Source: Saprolegnia diclina VS20
Taxonomy: Eukaryota
NCBI RefSeq assembly: GCF_000281045.1
Contig: NW_008246189.1
Span: forward strand, 55,130 to 115,581
Direction: 5' to 3'
Length of the DNA: 60,452 nt
The notes beneath the pieces are model-generated. The model was not told the origin of the DNA and did no database searches. It saw only the letters and a program-made list of their open reading frames with translations. Numbering within the stretch: position 1 is the first letter of the stretch; each line of letters starts with the position of its first letter. Below, piece by piece: positions 55,360 to 60,452 of the stretch. A program made the translations under genes and the position numbers.

Positions 55360-56731
55360 ATGTTTAGTTGTGTGAGGCAGTTGTGCGTATAGCGCGAAGT
55401 ATCCTTTGCATCATGCAGTTTGGCCGGTGCTTGAAACACCAGTTCTTTGGCATCGTACTTGAGGCCAGCATTTGTTATTCGAGCGACGTTTGGATGTGAC
55501 AGTCATAAATCTGGCAGTATGTGGTTAAACATGGCGAACAACACAAATAAATGTTTGGTGGGGTGTGGCTCCCGCTGCAGGCCTCAGCTGTCGATGTAGC
55601 ATAGCATTTCGTGCCCTCCGAAGCACCTTCTACCACTATGCCAAGTATGAGCAATTTCATTTCGAAATGCAATTTGCGCGACCACTGTGCCCGGAGTCGG
55701 CGCTGTGGATATAAATATGGTAAAAAGTGGTTATTTATGGCTATTACCACCAATAAAAATTCCACGCTGCGCAGCTCCAACTCTAGACCTCAAACGTCGA
55801 TGTCGCTTGGCTTTTCGTTTCCTCCGAAGTGTCCTCTACTATTGTGCCAAGTTTCAGCGATTTCATTTTCGACGCGGTTCGGGGTGAACGCGCCGCCTGG
55901 CGTCGTGGTGGACTAGCCATCATTCCGTTTTTGAAGATGTGATTGATTGGTCAAAAATGCGAATTAATTGATCAATAGCAAGGTATCCCAGTGACGTTTT
56001 TTGCGTTGAGGGTGTTGTTTTCGGCACAGGCAAGAACGGACATTCGATTCACGTACTGTCAAGTCCGGGTAAGGCTAATCATACTTCAGGAATCGTTTTG
56101 TGATCATTCGTAAAGATTGGAACGAAAAGAGCCGATATTCGACGTTGCGTCGAGGCAGCATTCGGCACGAGCATGCTAACATTATGTACAAGTATGCTTA
56201 AAGAGAAGCGCAGCGCGTAACTCGCTCAAATGGGTTTTGATTTGGTGATAGAGAAAACGCATCGGGTGTATCTGGTTGTGTATGTCGATGTCCGCAAATC
56301 CGTGTGTACCTCAATCATGAGCGACGACTAGTAAGAGAAATTCCAACATGCCAAACGTCGCTAATGTTCTCACGCTTTGCACAAAGCCCGTGGAGCCGGT
56401 CAAGCTGCTCCTTCGATGTGCCAGAAGTGCGTTGTGCACCAACGGAGTCCAATATGATGGCGATCGACAGTGGCGCGCTAATCGAGCACACGTTCTAGCT
56501 CTGCGCAGCTTGTTCTTCTCAATGGCGGCCATTGTCTGCTCGCACGGTGTGGCTGTATACAGCAGCGGCTAGCTACCAAGGGCGGTTGGCTTTGGGATCC
56601 ATGCCTGCCAAGCAGAGTGGTTTGACGTCGCGCATGCGGTCACACCGAGAGAGCGCCATGTCGGCACATAGGTTGCGTGATTCTAGTCACTTGTCGGATA
56701 CCACCGTAGTATATCCGGATATTCCATCAAG

Positions 56732-58894
56732 ATGGCGGGCGGGCGGACCGGCAGCCGAGCGAAGAAGCGCAAGAACCGAGCGGCTGTACCGCTCTACACG
56801 CCACCGGCCAAGCAAGGGCTGAAGGAGGTCGCTGATGGCAAGGAACAAGCTCCACCAGCAAAGAAAGCCAAGGCTGGGCCAAAGAACCCCAGCGCTGCGC
56901 AAGTCGTCGCGCCCGTCAAGCTACCGCCAGCGCCCGCGACAGAGACGAAGCCGCTAGCCGAGATCGCGTCCGGTCCAGGCGAGGAAGGCGCCAAGAAGAA
57001 GAAGAAGAAGAAGAAGGCCAAGAACAAGGCTGTGTTCACACCGGCTGTCTCTCCCAACGCCGCTGCGGACACGGCGGCGAAGATTCCGCTTGCCGCAAGT
57101 GCCCCAGCCAAGGCGGCTCCTGTCAAGGCGGCCCCCGTCAAGCCGGCAATGGTCAAAGTGATCTCGATAAAGATGCCGGCAGCAGCCGCCAAAGTGCGCA
57201 AAGTCGCGACCACAGCGGCGGCGAGCGCGACAGTGTCAATGTCCAAGGAGGCCGCGGCCCTTGCGCTGGCGCAGGCTCGAAAGCGCCGGTTTGCGTCCGA
57301 CACGGGTGTCCTCCCATCTAAGAGCACTGTCGTGCTGTCAACAAGTGGGCTCTCGAAAAAGCAAAAGCGACTGCCTCAGCAGCCTGCGCATGCCGCCTCG
57401 AGCCACGACGACGACGAGGAAAAACCACCTGCTCCGACGTCGTCTGTGCATGTCCCTCGCGATCCAAGCCCCAAGCCAAGCCCCAAGCCAAGCCCCAAGC
57501 CAAGCCCCAAGCCGAGCCCCAAGCCGAGCGCTGCAAGTCTCGAAGAGGAAGATCTGGCGCCGCATGAAAACCCATTGGGCACGAACGCGCACTCGCTCCT
57601 CGCAAGCATCATGGATGCGTTCGAGAGCCACGATGCTTCGGTCTCTATGAGCGACGACGCCGTCGATATCTTGTCGCTTCCGTCCTCGCCACACGCCGAG
57701 AGCATCGACCACAGCGCCTCAGATGCCCCGGCACATGGCGATGACGCAAGCGATGCCGACGACAGCGACGTGATCGTGCTCGACGACAGCGACGACGAAG
57801 ATCAAGACGAGATCGAAAACGTGGCGCACCACAATGACGACGACACCGTCACAGAAGGCAGCGTCGCCATGACCAACGACTGGGCCTCCGAGGATGACGA
57901 GTTGGACGATCTCGACCCCCAATGGACTGCGCCGTTGTCGGTGGATGCAGTTGCAGGCTACAGCACGGAGGCCATGGAAGTGGAAGGCAGTATGGGCAGT
58001 CCCGCCACGTGCGCCACGTCGCCGATCATGGCGTTGCCCAGCGGCGACGACGGCGAACCCGCGGTTGAGACCGCTCCGACCTTACATCTCGCATCACCTC
58101 GCCCCGCGGACGACACGAGCATCCAGACGAGCCCAGCTTGCAGCCCACAGAAACTGTCGCCCGTGCAGTCGCTTGCGGTCGTTCACGATGCTCCGCGCCT
58201 CGTCGCGTCCCCCGAAAAGCAGACGGCAGCAAAGCCCAGCAGCCCGACTCCGTCATGTGCAGTCACACCCGACGACGATACCTACGCAATGACCACAACC
58301 ATGCCAGCGCCCGAAGATGCACGGACTACGTGGGGCGCGGCGTTTGGCACTGCGGCACCGCCTCGCTCGGCCCAGATCATCGACTGCTCGCCGCTGAGCA
58401 CGTGGTTTCTCTCGCGTGGCCAAGCCAACTTTATCAAAGTGTCAGGGTCGTCGGCCGTGCGTGCGTTGCCCGCTGCCAACGGCAGTGGTTCGCAGACTGC
58501 GGTACCCACAACGACGATGGCGACAACGCCGGACAGTGCGTTTTATGCGGCGCTCGCCAGAAGTCACTGGCGCTCGTGGTACGCCAAGCAGGCGGCGCCG
58601 TCCATTTTGGATGCACCGCTGGTTGATGTACCGTCGCCCGTGCGTGCAGCTGTAGAGAACGCCAACACGCTGCATAGCACCGCCGCAAGCACCTCGAGAC
58701 AGCGCGCAAAGGCGTTCAGTGGTGTCATGGACGAGCTCCGGTACGTCGCAACCAATCGCATCTTGGCGCTCATCCATTCTAGGTCTGCGCGCGACGAGTC
58801 GTCGGCGTTTGAGAAGCGCATGATCGAGGTGCTGCAAGGAAAGACGATGACGGGCGTCGACTTTAACGATGCGTATCGCTCCGTATTACCGTAA
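56732..58894 (+). CDS. Low-complexity hypothetical protein (Lys/Ala/Pro-rich N-terminus, acidic middle), probably nuclear
   Basis: 720-codon ORF with poly-Lys NLS-like tracts, DVIVLDDSDDE, and a more ordered C-terminus (CSPLSTWFLS.G.ANF; FYAALARSHWRSWY). Probable 42-nt in-frame intron 58741-58782. Confidence 0.75.
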   Translation: MAGGRTGSRAKKRKNRAAVPLYTPPAKQGLKEVADGKEQAPPAKKAKAGPKNPSAAQVVAPVKLPPAPATETKPLAEIASGPGEEGAKKKKKKKKAKNKAVFTPAVSPNAAADTAAKIPLAASAPAKAAPVKAAPVKPAMVKVISIKMPAAAAKVRKVATTAAASATVSMSKEAAALALAQARKRRFASDTGVLPSKSTVVLSTSGLSKKQKRLPQQPAHAASSHDDDEEKPPAPTSSVHVPRDPSPKPSPKPSPKPSPKPSPKPSAASLEEEDLAPHENPLGTNAHSLLASIMDAFESHDASVSMSDDAVDILSLPSSPHAESIDHSASDAPAHGDDASDADDSDVIVLDDSDDEDQDEIENVAHHNDDDTVTEGSVAMTNDWASEDDELDDLDPQWTAPLSVDAVAGYSTEAMEVEGSMGSPATCATSPIMALPSGDDGEPAVETAPTLHLASPRPADDTSIQTSPACSPQKLSPVQSLAVVHDAPRLVASPEKQTAAKPSSPTPSCAVTPDDDTYAMTTTMPAPEDARTTWGAAFGTAAPPRSAQIIDCSPLSTWFLSRGQANFIKVSGSSAVRALPAANGSGSQTAVPTTTMATTPDSAFYAALARSHWRSWYAKQAAPSILDAPLVDVPSPVRAAVENANTLHSTAASTSRQRAKAFSGVMDELRYVATNRILALIHSRSARDESSAFEKRMIEVLQGKTMTGVDFNDAYRSVLP
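57464..57528 (+). repeat. 12-nt coding minisatellite (PKPS)x5
   Basis: CCAAGCCCCAAG-type units encoding PSPKPSPKPSPKPSPKPSPKPS. Confidence 0.9.
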
Positions 58895-58914
58895 CAGAAA
58901 AAGAGCGACCACGC

Positions 58915-59251
58915 TTACGCCTCGTCTGTCTTGAGCGTCGAGATCGCGAGCACGGAGCGGTCAGCTTGGCGCTGGACGAGCAGCGTGCGCTTGGAGGTCT
59001 CGATGCGGATGACTGGCGAGACGTCCGCGTCGCGCCCGAGGTCCTCTGCGCGGTCGGCGGTCGCCGCCAAGCCTCCGAGACCGGTGTGGCCTCTGTGGGC
59101 AAGGTCGCCGTCGACGGCGAGCAAGAGACCCTTGGCATCATGCCACGCCAGACCGGATACGGCTTCATCCGACATGCTACAATGCCAGCGTGAAGCTAGA
59201 GTGGTGACCGTAGCCGACGTACATCTTCTCGACCGCAGCTTGGAGCTCCAT
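58915..59251 (-). CDS. LAMTOR5: Ragulator subunit LAMTOR5 (HBXIP)-like roadblock protein
   Basis: MELQAAVEKI|MSDEAVSGLAWHDAKGLLLAVDGDL...SPVIRIETSKRTLLVQR (intron 59177-59222). Matches the LAMTOR5 pattern G(V/L)xxxDxxGLxLxxxGxL...PVVxLES. Confidence 0.8.
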
Positions 59252-60452
59252 GGCGTACGGCCTTTTTCGTTTTGGCAAGAAATACCGGATAAAGGAATTT
59301 TGGCCAATCCGAATGCATCGTGGCTTATTGTCTCCCAATTGGCCAACGTAGCACACCCCATCAGCCACCCCATACAGCCAAGTTCACGTGATGAGCAAGT
59401 GGAGCTGACAGCGTCAACTTACCAGAGCATGCTCGAGGCGATCACGCAAACTGCTGTATTGCTCGCGCGGTTGTACGTAAAGGCATCCGTCGCGTCGTTG
59501 GCACGTCGAGAAAATTATGGGTGCACCGTGAATATGGTACAACACACCGGTAAGCTTACCGTAGTAAACCGCACAACAACTCACCACCCCCTCGCACCAA
59601 TTTGAGCCAATTTTCCTCAAAACAACTCACCAGGACTGATATTGGAGCTCACAATAAATCACCAACCAAATGCATAGTTCGACGAGCCAGTTCGGCAACG
59701 CACAATATCTCGCCAGCTCTTGCATCGACGTTTTCGTTGTGGAGTCCTCGTCAAGGCTAAGCGGCTTCATGTCTGTGAGCATCGAGGCGTACACGCCCAC
59801 CGTGGTGAGGGACTTGAGGTGGGCCATAAATCGATCTTGGATTGTAGCCCATGGGTTCAAACCGCAGGTGTCGTAAGCGTCGGCGTTCCATCGACGTGTG
59901 CGATTGTCCCTCTTGACGTCCTTCAAGACGACTCGTTAAAGAGGACGACGCTATCTTCATGCTGCGCCCAGTCCGTCACCAACTAGCGCCGAACTTGCCC
60001 GTATCGATGATGAACGCGGATAAGAGCTTCGACAGCGTGAGATTGCACGCGACGAGCGTAAGCCCTATCTTATCGTCGAGATGGAGCGCAGAGAGAGACT
60101 GAACGGAGAGATCTCTATACGACTGGTAATGTCAAGTGCACTCCCGGCCCCCTCTATTAGTAGCGTAAAAGTGTTTCGACCCTCCGTCATATACGTCTGT
60201 AGCAGCCATAGTTGTTTTACAAAAATTGCGGAAGCCAACATGCACGACGAAAAATGCATCAAAAATCGAAAAAAAAATAAAAAATTGCGGCGAGTACTTT
60301 TGAAGGCCACCCACAGCTCGGAATAAATCACGGGTGGTTTGCAATCGTATTTTGCGACTTGTTTGGTCACAGGGTGATTAAATATGAATAAATCAAAAGT
60401 ATAATTTCATAAAAATGACATTTAGTGTACACGGAGGCCAAATCAAAAGGAG

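Noticed and set aside
55860..55935. GC-rich hairpin followed by a T-run, possible Pol III ncRNA
   Set aside because: Only a short stem (CGACGC/GCGTCG); no tRNA, snRNA or SRP hallmarks recognised. An Rfam scan would be needed.
57464..57528. CRISPR-like or telomere-like repeat
   Set aside because: Spacer-less 12-nt coding minisatellite inside an ORF in a eukaryotic genome.
58931..59605. 224-aa plus-strand ORF
   Set aside because: Antisense to LAMTOR5 and its promoter; no recognisable features.

Overview
Gene-dense eukaryotic DNA, most likely a Saprolegniales oomycete such as Saprolegnia or Achlya. This is inferred from high coding GC, very short (about 40-55 nt) GT-AG introns, elicitin-like genes and RNI-like genes. 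Contents: (i) six paralogs of an uncharacterised multi-pass membrane protein family (1-7.1 kb and 13.8-17.3 kb), two with single-site lesions; (ii) USP39/Sad1, a catalytically dead pogo/CENP-B-type gene and a PH-domain gene; (iii) a 7-exon CYP7/CYP8-like P450 near an AsnB-type amidotransferase that is cut by a 100-N gap; (iv) an intronless ~1360-aa RNA end-healing 'Swiss-army-knife' protein (RWD-MJ1316-2H-kinase-2H-HAD-nucleotidyltransferase); (v) Tom70-like TPR, PACRG-like, two 4-Cys GPI-type elicitin-like, MORN, DJ-1/PfpI and SERBP1 genes; (vi) a five-gene MATE transporter array with an internal duplication and identical shared tracts, interrupted by an OXLD1-like gene; (vii) a low-complexity protein and LAMTOR5. 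No rRNA, tRNA, CRISPR array or intact transposon was recognised. The best leads are the RNA-repair fusion protein, the CYP7-like P450 as a candidate sterol C7 oxidase for oomycete steroid hormones, and the orphan membrane family. All domain calls come from motif recognition by eye; no searches were run.
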